Below are positions 11,385 through 19,779 of a stretch of DNA of 41,495 bases, piece after piece. The notes beneath the pieces are model-generated. The model was not told where the DNA came from, ran no database searches, and saw only the letters and a program-made list of their open reading frames with translations. The DNA is taken from positions 1 to 41,495 of the forward strand of contig JBJKYT010000036.1 of NCBI GenBank assembly GCA_045560915.1. Reading direction: 5' to 3'. Numbering within the stretch: the first letter of the stretch is position 1; every line of letters starts with the position of its first letter. The stretch comes from Alphaproteobacteria bacterium. GTDB taxonomy: Bacteria > Pseudomonadota > Alphaproteobacteria > HIMB59 > GCA-002718135. The position numbers and the translations under genes were made by a program.

Positions 11385-12158
11385 CTACAAACTTTTAAGT
11401 TGATATTTTTCCATCATTTGTTGAAAAAAACCTTGAGATTTTTTAATAGAAATCCAATGATTTAAATAATTAATCCATACTTGGTCGTCTTGGGGTGTCA
11501 ACCAGGCAAGAGGGGTAGGATATTTAGGTTCACTAACAGGAATAATTGCCATTTCAGGATATTGCTCAACTAAAGTCGCAGCTTCTATATTAGATGTTAT
11601 ATGCACTTCAGATCTTCCTGCTAAGACTTCTTGAAAATCTCTAGCTGGAGATTCAATAATATTTAATGTAGCGTTAGGAAATATTTCTTTAGCCTGAATT
11701 TCTTGAGTAGTTCCTAAAGTAACAGCAACTTTAACGCCTTGTTTGTTTATATCGTCCCAATTTTGGAATTTATTTAAATTCTTTTTTAGTGTTAGAGGAA
11801 CTGTTGCAAGTTTAAAATATGAGTCTGTATAACCTGTTGAAAGAGCTCTCTTTGCACTAAGTGATGCACTAGTTGAAATATCATATTTATTAGAAACAAT
11901 ACCATTAACTAATGTTTTCCATTCAGTTGGTATTATAACAAGATTTACGTCCATATCTTTTGCTAACTGTTTAACTATTTCTATTTCAAAACCTATATAT
12001 TCATTAGTAGCGGGATCTTTTACTGTCATAGGATTCCAATCTCCAGTTGTTCCAACTCTAATTTCTCCATTTTTTAGGATTGTTTGAAGTCTAGACTCAG
12101 CAAATGCAGAATTATTGAAAGAAATAATAGCAAAAAATATAAATAGTATTCTAATCAT
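11385..12158 (-). CDS. family 3 solute-binding protein, cyclohexadienyl dehydratase (PheC)-like
   Basis: Signal peptide, SRLQTILKNGEIRVGTTGDWNP, adjacent permease. Confidence 0.8.
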   Translation of the reverse strand: MIRILFIFFAIISFNNSAFAESRLQTILKNGEIRVGTTGDWNPMTVKDPATNEYIGFEIEIVKQLAKDMDVNLVIIPTEWKTLVNGIVSNKYDISTSASLSAKRALSTGYTDSYFKLATVPLTLKKNLNKFQNWDDINKQGVKVAVTLGTTQEIQAKEIFPNATLNIIESPARDFQEVLAGRSEVHITSNIEAATLVEQYPEMAIIPVSEPKYPTPLAWLTPQDDQVWINYLNHWISIKKSQGFFQQMMEKYQLKSL

Positions 12159-12289
12159 TGAATAAAGCTCCTTATTTTATCTAAATATATAATTATTATA
12201 GTTTAAAACAAAATCAATAGTATTTAAGTAAAAAATAATTTTATCTAATTTATTGCATATATTAGTTATATGAAATAAATATATGTATT

Positions 12290-12577
12290 ATGGCAGCATA
12301 TATAATTGTTCAGGCAAATATTACGGACAAAGAAAAATATAAAGAATATCTTAATAAGGTAACTTCTATTGTAGAAAAATATAGTGGACAATATTTAGTA
12401 AGAGGTGGAAAATATGAAAAAATGCTTGGAAATTGGGATTATGAAAGAACAGTGGTAATTAAATTTCCTTCTTTTAAGTTAGCTAAAGATTTTCATAATT
12501 CTTCAGAATATGAACCAGTAAAAAAGATAAGAGAAGAAAATTCAATAGGAAATTTGATTATAATTGAGGGTTGTTGA
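12290..12577 (+). CDS. DUF1330 domain protein
   Basis: KYSGQYLVRGG, VVIKFPS and SSEYEPVKKIR fit DUF1330. Confidence 0.85.
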   Translation: MAAYIIVQANITDKEKYKEYLNKVTSIVEKYSGQYLVRGGKYEKMLGNWDYERTVVIKFPSFKLAKDFHNSSEYEPVKKIREENSIGNLIIIEGC

Positions 12578-12578
12578 G

Positions 12579-13304
12579 CTATTTTTTTAATTTTCTTCCT
12601 TCAAGGATCCATTTATCTATACCGCCAACTAAAGTATAAATATTTTTTTTACCCAATTGTTCAACAAAACCGTTTGCTAAAATTGATGAAATATCCCCTG
12701 TTTTAGAAACAAAAATTACATGGTCTTTTGGTTTAATTTTTTTTTCAAAAAACTTTATAAACTCTGAATTAAAATTACCTTTATTATCAAATGCAGTCAT
12801 TTGAAGAGAGCCTTTTATAATTCCAGTCTCTTCTCTATCTTCTAAAGTCCTTATATCTATAATTTTAAATCCATCTTTTTTTTTATTTAATAATTGGTAT
12901 GAAAAAACTTTTTTGTAACCAGGAGGTATGGCATCAATAATCTCTATTTCAAAAATTAATGTAGAATTTGGTGGAATTAAATCCCCTACTCCATTTTTTC
13001 CATAAGCTAAATTAGGAGGAATTTTTATTTTTCTTTTACCTCCAACTCTTATATCTTTTAAACCTATTTCCCATCCAGGAATTACCTGCCTTAATCCTAT
13101 TTGAAATATAAAAGGTTGGTTTCTTTTAAAACTACTATCAAATTCAATTCCATTTTCCAAAAAACCTCTGTAATTTACAGTAATTTTATAATGTTCTTCA
13201 ATCTTTAAACCATTACCAGGAATGTCAGATAGAATTTCAATATCATTAGCAAAACATAAATTAGAAATAAAAAGAAAAACAAATATATAAATAAAATTAT
13301 TCAC
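12579..13304 (-). CDS. exported FKBP-type peptidyl-prolyl isomerase fused to a rhodanese-like domain
   Basis: Signal peptide; FKBP motifs FDSS, VIPGWEIGL, IPPNLAYG, IPPNSTLIFEIE; C-terminal IIDIRT, GIIKGS, LVGGIDKW. Confidence 0.85.
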   Translation of the reverse strand: MNNFIYIFVFLFISNLCFANDIEILSDIPGNGLKIEEHYKITVNYRGFLENGIEFDSSFKRNQPFIFQIGLRQVIPGWEIGLKDIRVGGKRKIKIPPNLAYGKNGVGDLIPPNSTLIFEIEIIDAIPPGYKKVFSYQLLNKKKDGFKIIDIRTLEDREETGIIKGSLQMTAFDNKGNFNSEFIKFFEKKIKPKDHVIFVSKTGDISSILANGFVEQLGKKNIYTLVGGIDKWILEGRKLKK

Positions 13305-14181
13305 TAGATTTATCTTTTAATTGATAAAATTGACCGGGTATAGAAATTAAACCACTTATTATTATGAATAAAGCGCCCAATAAAGCTAAAGTGTTAAGAT
13401 ATTCATTAAAAATAAAATATCCAATTATCGAAGACCATACTATCTGAAGATAGACTAAACAAAAAACAGAAGAATAATGTTTTTGTGCTTTTTTAAATGC
13501 AAAAGTTGCTAAAAATATCGCTATATTTATTAAAATTGAAGCAATAGTAATTAAAATAAAAACATTTAGATCAACCTTTATTGGATCATAAATAAATAGC
13601 AAAAATGATAAAATATGAATAATTAAACCTCCATATATAAAAAAACCTAAAGCAGTTGAAATATTATGAAATTTATTAACTATTGTTGTTGTTGAAGTAA
13701 TTAATATAACGCCAAATAATACTACTAAGAAATATATATTAAAATTTTTAAATCCTGGCTGAACTACAAAAATTACACCTAAAAAACCAATTAATAATGA
13801 AAGATATAAATATCTATTAAATTTTTCATTTAAAAAAAAATAAGCATAAATAGAGGCAAATAAAGGTGCTGCCATGTTAAGAGTAGTAAATTCTGGTAGA
13901 CTAATATTTTTTAGCGCAATAAAAGTTAAAAAAGGCATGGGAGCAAATAATAAACTCCTAATTAAAAGAATATAATAATTACTGGAAGATAAGTGTTCTT
14001 TAAAATTTCCTTTAAAATAAAGAAATAACGGAACAATTAAATAAGCTGGGGATCCATAAAAAACAAAATGATAAAATTGAATTTGATTTACTGATAGATA
14101 ATTTATTATAGCATCATTAATAACAAAAAAAACACTTGAAATTATAATTGAAAGAGAAGCTATTAATATACTTTTTTGCAT
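13297..14181 (-). CDS. DMT/EamA family transporter
   Basis: About 10 TM helices, FLNEK and GFLGVIFVVQPG motifs. Confidence 0.85.
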   Translation of the reverse strand: MQKSILIASLSIIISSVFFVINDAIINYLSVNQIQFYHFVFYGSPAYLIVPLFLYFKGNFKEHLSSSNYYILLIRSLLFAPMPFLTFIALKNISLPEFTTLNMAAPLFASIYAYFFLNEKFNRYLYLSLLIGFLGVIFVVQPGFKNFNIYFLVVLFGVILITSTTTIVNKFHNISTALGFFIYGGLIIHILSFLLFIYDPIKVDLNVFILITIASILINIAIFLATFAFKKAQKHYSSVFCLVYLQIVWSSIIGYFIFNEYLNTLALLGALFIIISGLISIPGQFYQLKDKSSE

Positions 14182-14237
14182 TATTTATAACGTTTGAATT
14201 GTAACTAGATTTTTAATACTTATATTAAATTAAATAT

Positions 14238-14538
14238 ATGAATGATACAGAAATTAAAACTTATAGACTTATTATTAAAGGAAAAGTACAAAATGTTGGA
14301 TTTAGACATTGGTTTAGTAATTTAGCTATTTCTTTAGGTTTAAATGGCTATGTGCAAAATTTAGCTAACAAAGATGAAGTTGAGGCTATAGTTCAAGGAA
14401 ACATAAAAAATATTTTAAACATTACTGAAAAATCAAAAAGTGGCCCTCAAATGTCTTTGGTTGAAGGTGTGATTTCCAAATCAAATTATCAGTAATGTAA
14501 AATATTCAGGTTTTATTGTAAAATACGATAATAATTAG
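14238..14538 (+). CDS. acyP: acylphosphatase, apparent +1 frameshift near 14471-14480
   Basis: IKGKVQNVGFR and GYVQN motifs. The ORF stops at 14495, but a family-like tail (QIISNVKYSGFIVKYDNN*) continues in the next frame to 14538, 1 bp from the convergent gene. Confidence 0.8.
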
Positions 14539-14539
14539 A

Positions 14540-15874
14540 TTAATTAAAAGCTTCTTTTATCGTCTTGTGGAGACTATCAAACATTTCATCTATTTGATTT
14601 TTAGTTATAATAAATTGAGGACACAAAACAATAGCTGGTCCTAAAGGTCTACATATTAAACCATTATCAATAGACATATTAGCTACTTTATCTCCCATAT
14701 TCATATTTCCTTCAAAAGGCTCTTTAGTTTTTTTATCTTTAACCATTTCTAATGCGGCCATTAATCCTATTCCTCTTGTTTCACCAATATGTTCATAATC
14801 ATTAAATTCATTAAGTCTTTCATGAAAATAAGGAGATACATATTTAACATTATCTAACAATCCTTCATTTAATATTATATCAATGGCTTTTAGTGCAATT
14901 GCACAACCAACTGGATGTCCACCAGCTGTAAATCCATGAGGAAATTCCTCTTCTTTTTCTGAAATGTCTTGAAATTCATCTGCTAACTCTTTTTTAACAA
15001 TTACTGCACCCATTGGAAAAAAACCTGCCGTTAAACATTTAGACGCTATTATTATATCTGGCTTTATATTGTAAGTTTCACAGCCCCATAAATTACCAGT
15101 TCTTCCAAAACCACAAATAACCTCATCCGCAATTAATGGTATTTTATATTTTTTTAAAATTGGCTGTATTAAATCAAAATAATTTTTTGAAGGAGGAATA
15201 ACACCTCCTGCACCCTGAACAGGTTCAGCAATAAATCCTGCAATTGTATTAGGGTCCTCTTTTAAAATTAAAGTTTCTAAATTGTCAGCCATTCTTTTAG
15301 TAAAATTTTCTTCAGTTTCGTTTTCTAGACCATATTTCCAAAAATGAGGACAATCAGTATGAATAAAATCCTTAAGTGGAAATCCAAAAACTTCATTGTA
15401 GGGTTTAGCAGTTAGAGATGAAGCTCCTAAAGTAACACCATGATAACCATTAATTCTTGATATAATTTTTCTTTTATGCGGATTGCCTTTTCTTAAATTT
15501 AACATCCACAACATTTTAATCATAGTATCATTGGCTTCAGATCCTGAATTACATAGAAAAACTCTACCATCATCAAATGGAGAAACTTCTATAATTTTAT
15601 CGGAAAGAGTTATAGTTTCTTCTGATAGTCGTCCAAAAAGAGAATGGTAACCAGCAAATTTTTCATATTGTTTTTTTGCTACTTCAACTAAACCTGGATG
15701 ATCAAATCCTGCACAAGCATTCCATAATCCAGAATTAGCATCTAAGTATTTCTTATTATGAATATCAAAAACATATATGCCTTTTCCAGAACTAATTATT
15801 AAGGGGCCTCTTTCATTTAATGACTTTAAATCAGTAAAACCATATAGATGATGTGAAGAATTAGATTTTAACAT
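14540..15874 (-). CDS. class III PLP aminotransferase (omega-amino acid/amine:pyruvate type)
   Basis: SGSEAND, YHG, IAEPVQGAGG, IADEVICGFGRTG and PLP-lysine ASKCLT. Confidence 0.9.
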   Translation of the reverse strand: MLKSNSSHHLYGFTDLKSLNERGPLIISSGKGIYVFDIHNKKYLDANSGLWNACAGFDHPGLVEVAKKQYEKFAGYHSLFGRLSEETITLSDKIIEVSPFDDGRVFLCNSGSEANDTMIKMLWMLNLRKGNPHKRKIISRINGYHGVTLGASSLTAKPYNEVFGFPLKDFIHTDCPHFWKYGLENETEENFTKRMADNLETLILKEDPNTIAGFIAEPVQGAGGVIPPSKNYFDLIQPILKKYKIPLIADEVICGFGRTGNLWGCETYNIKPDIIIASKCLTAGFFPMGAVIVKKELADEFQDISEKEEEFPHGFTAGGHPVGCAIALKAIDIILNEGLLDNVKYVSPYFHERLNEFNDYEHIGETRGIGLMAALEMVKDKKTKEPFEGNMNMGDKVANMSIDNGLICRPLGPAIVLCPQFIITKNQIDEMFDSLHKTIKEAFN

Positions 15875-15898
15875 AATTATTTTATAAATATTTTTTCA

Positions 15899-16792
15899 AT
15901 GAAAGCTAATACATTATTTTCATATTCAATAATAGGAATAATATTAATGATTGCCGGACAATTATGTTTTGCAATAAATGATACTATCGTTAAATTCGAA
16001 GTTCAAAATATAGAAAATAATTATGTAATATTTAATATAATTTTTATACGAGGATTATTTTCAACATTTTTTATAATTTTATATTTGACATTATTTGAAA
16101 AAAAAAATTGTTTAACAATTATAAAAAATAAGAAATATAATCTACGAGGAATTTATGAAGTAATTACAGCTTTATTTTTCTTTACAGGATTAATTTTAAT
16201 GCCTGTTTCACTAGTTTATACATTATTAATGACAAACCCATTTTTTGTGACAATATTCGCCTATCTTTTTTTAAAAGAAAAAGTAGGAATTAGAAGATGG
16301 ACAGCCGTAATCATAGGATTTATCGGAGTTATATTAATAATTAGACCTCAAGGTATAAATTTTAATTATCTTTTTATCTTACCAATATTAGCAGCAATAT
16401 TTTTAACTATTAGAGATATCCTGACAAAAAATATTGTTAACAAAAAAAATAGCTTCGAAATAATATTAGTTACCTCAATATTAATGACTTTATTTTCAGG
16501 AATCAGCTCTATATATTTTGGTTTTAACATTCAATTAAATCAAATTTTAAATATACTTTTTTCTAGTATTTTTTTAACTTTTGGTTATCTTTTTTCAGTT
16601 ATGACTATTTTTTATGCCCCATTATCATTAACTGCTACAGCCAGATATTCAGTGATTATCTTTGGAATAATTTTTGGTTATATAATATTAAAAGAAATTC
16701 CAACTTTAAATATGATTATTGGAGCTGTAATAATAACTTTAAGTGGTATGTTTGTAATTAAAAGACAAAAAGATTTAGGAAAAATAGAATAA
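15899..16792 (+). CDS. DMT/EamA family transporter
   Basis: LKEKVGIRRWTAVIIGFIGVILIIRP; about 10 TM helices. Confidence 0.88.
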   Translation: MKANTLFSYSIIGIILMIAGQLCFAINDTIVKFEVQNIENNYVIFNIIFIRGLFSTFFIILYLTLFEKKNCLTIIKNKKYNLRGIYEVITALFFFTGLILMPVSLVYTLLMTNPFFVTIFAYLFLKEKVGIRRWTAVIIGFIGVILIIRPQGINFNYLFILPILAAIFLTIRDILTKNIVNKKNSFEIILVTSILMTLFSGISSIYFGFNIQLNQILNILFSSIFLTFGYLFSVMTIFYAPLSLTATARYSVIIFGIIFGYIILKEIPTLNMIIGAVIITLSGMFVIKRQKDLGKIE

Positions 16793-16800
16793 ATATTTAG

Positions 16801-17244
16801 TTATAGACTTTTGGAAACTGATAGTACTTCATCTACATGCCCCTTAACTTTAACTTTATTCCAAGAAAATAAAATTTTACCATTAGTATCAATAATAAAT
16901 GTTGATCTATCTATTCCAAAATATTTTTTTCCATACATAGATTTTTCAACCCATATTCCTAATTTTTCACAAGCATCATTTAAATCAGAAGCTAATTGAT
17001 ATTTTAAATTAAATTTTTTAGCAAAGTCTATATTTTTTTTTATAGGATCTTTGGAACACCCAATAATTGCAAAACCTATCTTTTTAAATTGATTTAATTT
17101 TAATTGAAATTCATTAGCTTCAATAGTGCACCCAGGAGTATCTGCTTTAGGATAAAAAAAAAGGATAGTTTTATTTTCTATATTTTTTGAATCAAATATT
17201 TCACCATTAATTAAGCTTAACTTAATATGAGGAATTTTATTCAC
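16801..17244 (-). CDS. bcp: peroxiredoxin, BCP/PrxQ type
   Basis: FFYPKADTPGCTIEA peroxidatic motif, KSMYGKKY, RSTFIID; GTG start. Confidence 0.92.
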   Translation of the reverse strand: MNKIPHIKLSLINGEIFDSKNIENKTILFFYPKADTPGCTIEANEFQLKLNQFKKIGFAIIGCSKDPIKKNIDFAKKFNLKYQLASDLNDACEKLGIWVEKSMYGKKYFGIDRSTFIIDTNGKILFSWNKVKVKGHVDEVLSVSKSL

Positions 17245-17258
17245 AAAATGGAAGGTAT

Positions 17259-17720
17259 TTAATTAGATATACCGTCTTGAAGAGATTTGTTTGAGGATGA
17301 GTCTTCTTTTTTAGAAATATCTTTTATATTTTTAATTTTATCAGAAACTTTAATGTCCCCATTAATTTTTCCACCTAATTTTATTTGCAAATTTTGATAT
17401 TCAATAGTTCCAGAAACGGACCCAGCTTCTTGAATAGTAAGTGTTCCTGATACTTTGATATCACCGTCTGCCTCTCCCCATATGTCGGCATTATGAGCTT
17501 CAATAGTTCCTTTAGTTTTGCCAGTAGCACCAACAATTAAGTTGTCAGTTTTCATAGTGACATCAGCTGTGCCATCAATTTGCACTTCATCAGCCTCAGT
17601 AATATCACCTTTTAATGTTACCCCATTACCAATAATAACTTTTGCACTGCCTTTTGCGGGTCTAAATACATCCATAGAACTTTTATCTGAATTTTCCACT
17701 TTTTTATTTTTTTCAAACAT
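17259..17720 (-). CDS. bactofilin (polymer-forming cytoskeletal protein)
   Basis: Repeating hydrophobic-x-G pattern (IIGNGVTLKGDI, IDG, GDIKVSGTL, GGKINGDI) typical of the bactofilin beta-helix. Confidence 0.85.
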   Translation of the reverse strand: MFEKNKKVENSDKSSMDVFRPAKGSAKVIIGNGVTLKGDITEADEVQIDGTADVTMKTDNLIVGATGKTKGTIEAHNADIWGEADGDIKVSGTLTIQEAGSVSGTIEYQNLQIKLGGKINGDIKVSDKIKNIKDISKKEDSSSNKSLQDGISN

Positions 17721-17810
17721 TATTAAACCTAATTAAGTAAATTTACTATAAAAAATATACTAAGTAAATAGTTATTATATATTAATATTAAAAATAAATA
17801 ATTAAAATAC

Positions 17811-17975
17811 TTATTTCTTTAGAGTTGTAGCAAATAACAAAGGTATTATCATTACCAAAGTCATTGGTATAGATGGATTAAATAACCAATATAATAAACC
17901 TAAGGAAAATAACATCATCCAAGTTTCATTTTTTTCTAAAAATCTAAGTTGAATAAAATATTTAAGAGTTTGCAT
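17811..17975 (-). CDS. small hypothetical membrane protein (54 aa, not in ORF track)
   Basis: Manual translation MQTLKYFIQLRFLEKNETWMMLFSLGLLYWLFNPSIPMTLVMIIPLLFATTLKK*; fills an otherwise empty gap, co-oriented with both neighbours. Confidence 0.55.
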   Translation of the reverse strand: MQTLKYFIQLRFLEKNETWMMLFSLGLLYWLFNPSIPMTLVMIIPLLFATTLKK

Positions 17976-18002
17976 AGTTAATCAAAGTTAAAGTAATATA
18001 TA

Positions 18003-18656
18003 TTAATTTAATGGTTTTATACAATCTATAGAATTATTTAAAGGATTATTAACATATTTACTTATAGAATAAAAATCAATATTCTCTTCAATTGATGAAG
18101 TAAATTCTTTGTCTAAATAAGAAGAATTGTAGTCATTGATATAATTTTCTCCTTCATTTTGAGATAAAATAATTGGCATTCTATCATGAATTTCATTAAG
18201 TTTATTATTTGATTTTTTAGTAATTATTGTAAAATTTTTTTTTATATTCTCTTTAAAATTATTATATTTCCATATTCCAGCAAAATACATTGTTTCACAA
18301 TTGGGTATATTAATAAAATAGGGTGTTTTTTCATCTTTATTTTTAAACCATTCATAATAACCATTAGAAGGTACTAAACACTTTCTCTTTAAATATGAAT
18401 CTTTGAATAGATATTTTTCTTTTAAAGTTTCTATTCTACTATTTATTACATTTTTTAAAATATTTGATTTTTTATCATTAAAAGTAAATCCCCAATTAGC
18501 ACTTTCTAAATCAATTTTTTCATTATTAGTAATAATTAAAGAATTTTGAGAAGGAGCAATATTATATGACTGAAAATTTTCATTAAATAATGATTTTATA
18601 TCAAATTTTTTTTTAATTTTATTAGAATTAATTAATTGAATATATCGTCCACACAT
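18003..18656 (-). CDS. SRAP family abasic-site crosslinking protein (YedK/HMCES)
   Basis: MCGRY start with catalytic Cys2, YNIAPSQ, GYYEW, IHDRMP; start corrected from 18740. Confidence 0.92.
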   Translation of the reverse strand: MCGRYIQLINSNKIKKKFDIKSLFNENFQSYNIAPSQNSLIITNNEKIDLESANWGFTFNDKKSNILKNVINSRIETLKEKYLFKDSYLKRKCLVPSNGYYEWFKNKDEKTPYFINIPNCETMYFAGIWKYNNFKENIKKNFTIITKKSNNKLNEIHDRMPIILSQNEGENYINDYNSSYLDKEFTSSIEENIDFYSISKYVNNPLNNSIDCIKPLN

Positions 18657-18685
18657 AATTTTAATTATATCCTTTAAAAAACAAA

Positions 18686-19144
18686 TTAAGAAGAACTTGA
18701 TAAAAGCATTGGTTGAGTTACCCCTATAGTCATCCAACAATTCTTATATATACCATCTTCCAAAACTTTATTTAAAGTCCATTGAAACCCATACATTTTT
18801 CCTTCATCTGATGTAAGTTCTATAAAAAAATATGCTGTGTTTTCTTCAACTTTAACTTCAAGAATATTATGTTTTTCATGATTTATCATTACAGAGTAAA
18901 ATGGAGCATAAATCATTTGAGTGAATTTCTCAATTGGTCCAGTAAAGGCCCTATTTGAAGGATGAGCAAACTCCCAAGTTTGTTCTATTCCAGCATTTAA
19001 ATAAGGTTCATTGTTTTGCATTAATGAATTTAGCTGTATTTTAACAACATCTTCAGGTTGAATGTTAGGATTAGGTTTTTTTATTTCAGCACTAAGAGAT
19101 GTGGTGAAAAAAATTATAAATGGTATAGTTAAGATTATTCGCAT
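18686..19144 (-). CDS. exported protein, DUF4864-like
   Basis: Signal peptide; PEDVVKIQL, AGIEQTWEFAHPSNR, FTQMI and CWMT resemble this family from memory. Confidence 0.55.
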   Translation of the reverse strand: MRIILTIPFIIFFTTSLSAEIKKPNPNIQPEDVVKIQLNSLMQNNEPYLNAGIEQTWEFAHPSNRAFTGPIEKFTQMIYAPFYSVMINHEKHNILEVKVEENTAYFFIELTSDEGKMYGFQWTLNKVLEDGIYKNCWMTIGVTQPMLLSSSS

Positions 19145-19179
19145 TTATATAAATTAGTTTAATTTATGATTTTTACAAT

Positions 19180-19779
19180 ATGAGTATATCAGATTTTATA
19201 CAAGGATTTATAATTGGATCATCTCTAATTATTGCAATTGGACCGCAAAATTTATATGTAATAAATCAAGGATTGAAGAAGAATTACATCCTAATTGTAG
19301 TGTTATTATGTAGTTTATCAGATAGTTTGCTTATTGTTTGCGGAATTTATCTATCAAATAGCTTACTAAATTTAAATGATTCTTTAATAATAACTATGAA
19401 GCTTATTGGTGGAATTTGGTTAATTTTATATGGAATTAATAAAATTAAAAATTCAAATAGTCACAATATTGAAAATAAAGAATTTAAAGAATCATCCTTA
19501 AATAAAATAGTATTCACAACACTTGCTATTACTTATGCTAATCCTCATGTTTATTTAGATACAGTTGTATTACTAGGATCGATTTCAGTAAATTTTGATA
19601 ATAAATTTTATTTTGGTTTAGGTGCTATAGTTGCAAGTTTTATATTTTTCTTTACTTTAGGTTATTTTTCAAAATTTTTATCTAAATATATTAAATCAAA
19701 AAAAGTTTGGTTTTATATTGATAATATTATGGGTTTTTTGATGTTGTTTTATGGATTATTTTTTATTTTTATGAATTAA
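19180..19779 (+). CDS. LysE/ArgO family amino acid exporter
   Basis: LIIAIGPQN and TYANPHVYLDTVVLLG motifs. Confidence 0.9.
   Translation: MSISDFIQGFIIGSSLIIAIGPQNLYVINQGLKKNYILIVVLLCSLSDSLLIVCGIYLSNSLLNLNDSLIITMKLIGGIWLILYGINKIKNSNSHNIENKEFKESSLNKIVFTTLAITYANPHVYLDTVVLLGSISVNFDNKFYFGLGAIVASFIFFFTLGYFSKFLSKYIKSKKVWFYIDNIMGFLMLFYGLFFIFMN

Noticed and set aside
18003-18656. SRAP gene as a prophage or mobile-element marker
   Set aside because: No integrase, phage genes, att-like repeats or compositional shift nearby.
18657-18740. N-terminal extension of the SRAP protein
   Set aside because: SRAP proteins need Cys at position 2 (MCGR); the extension overlaps the upstream gene.
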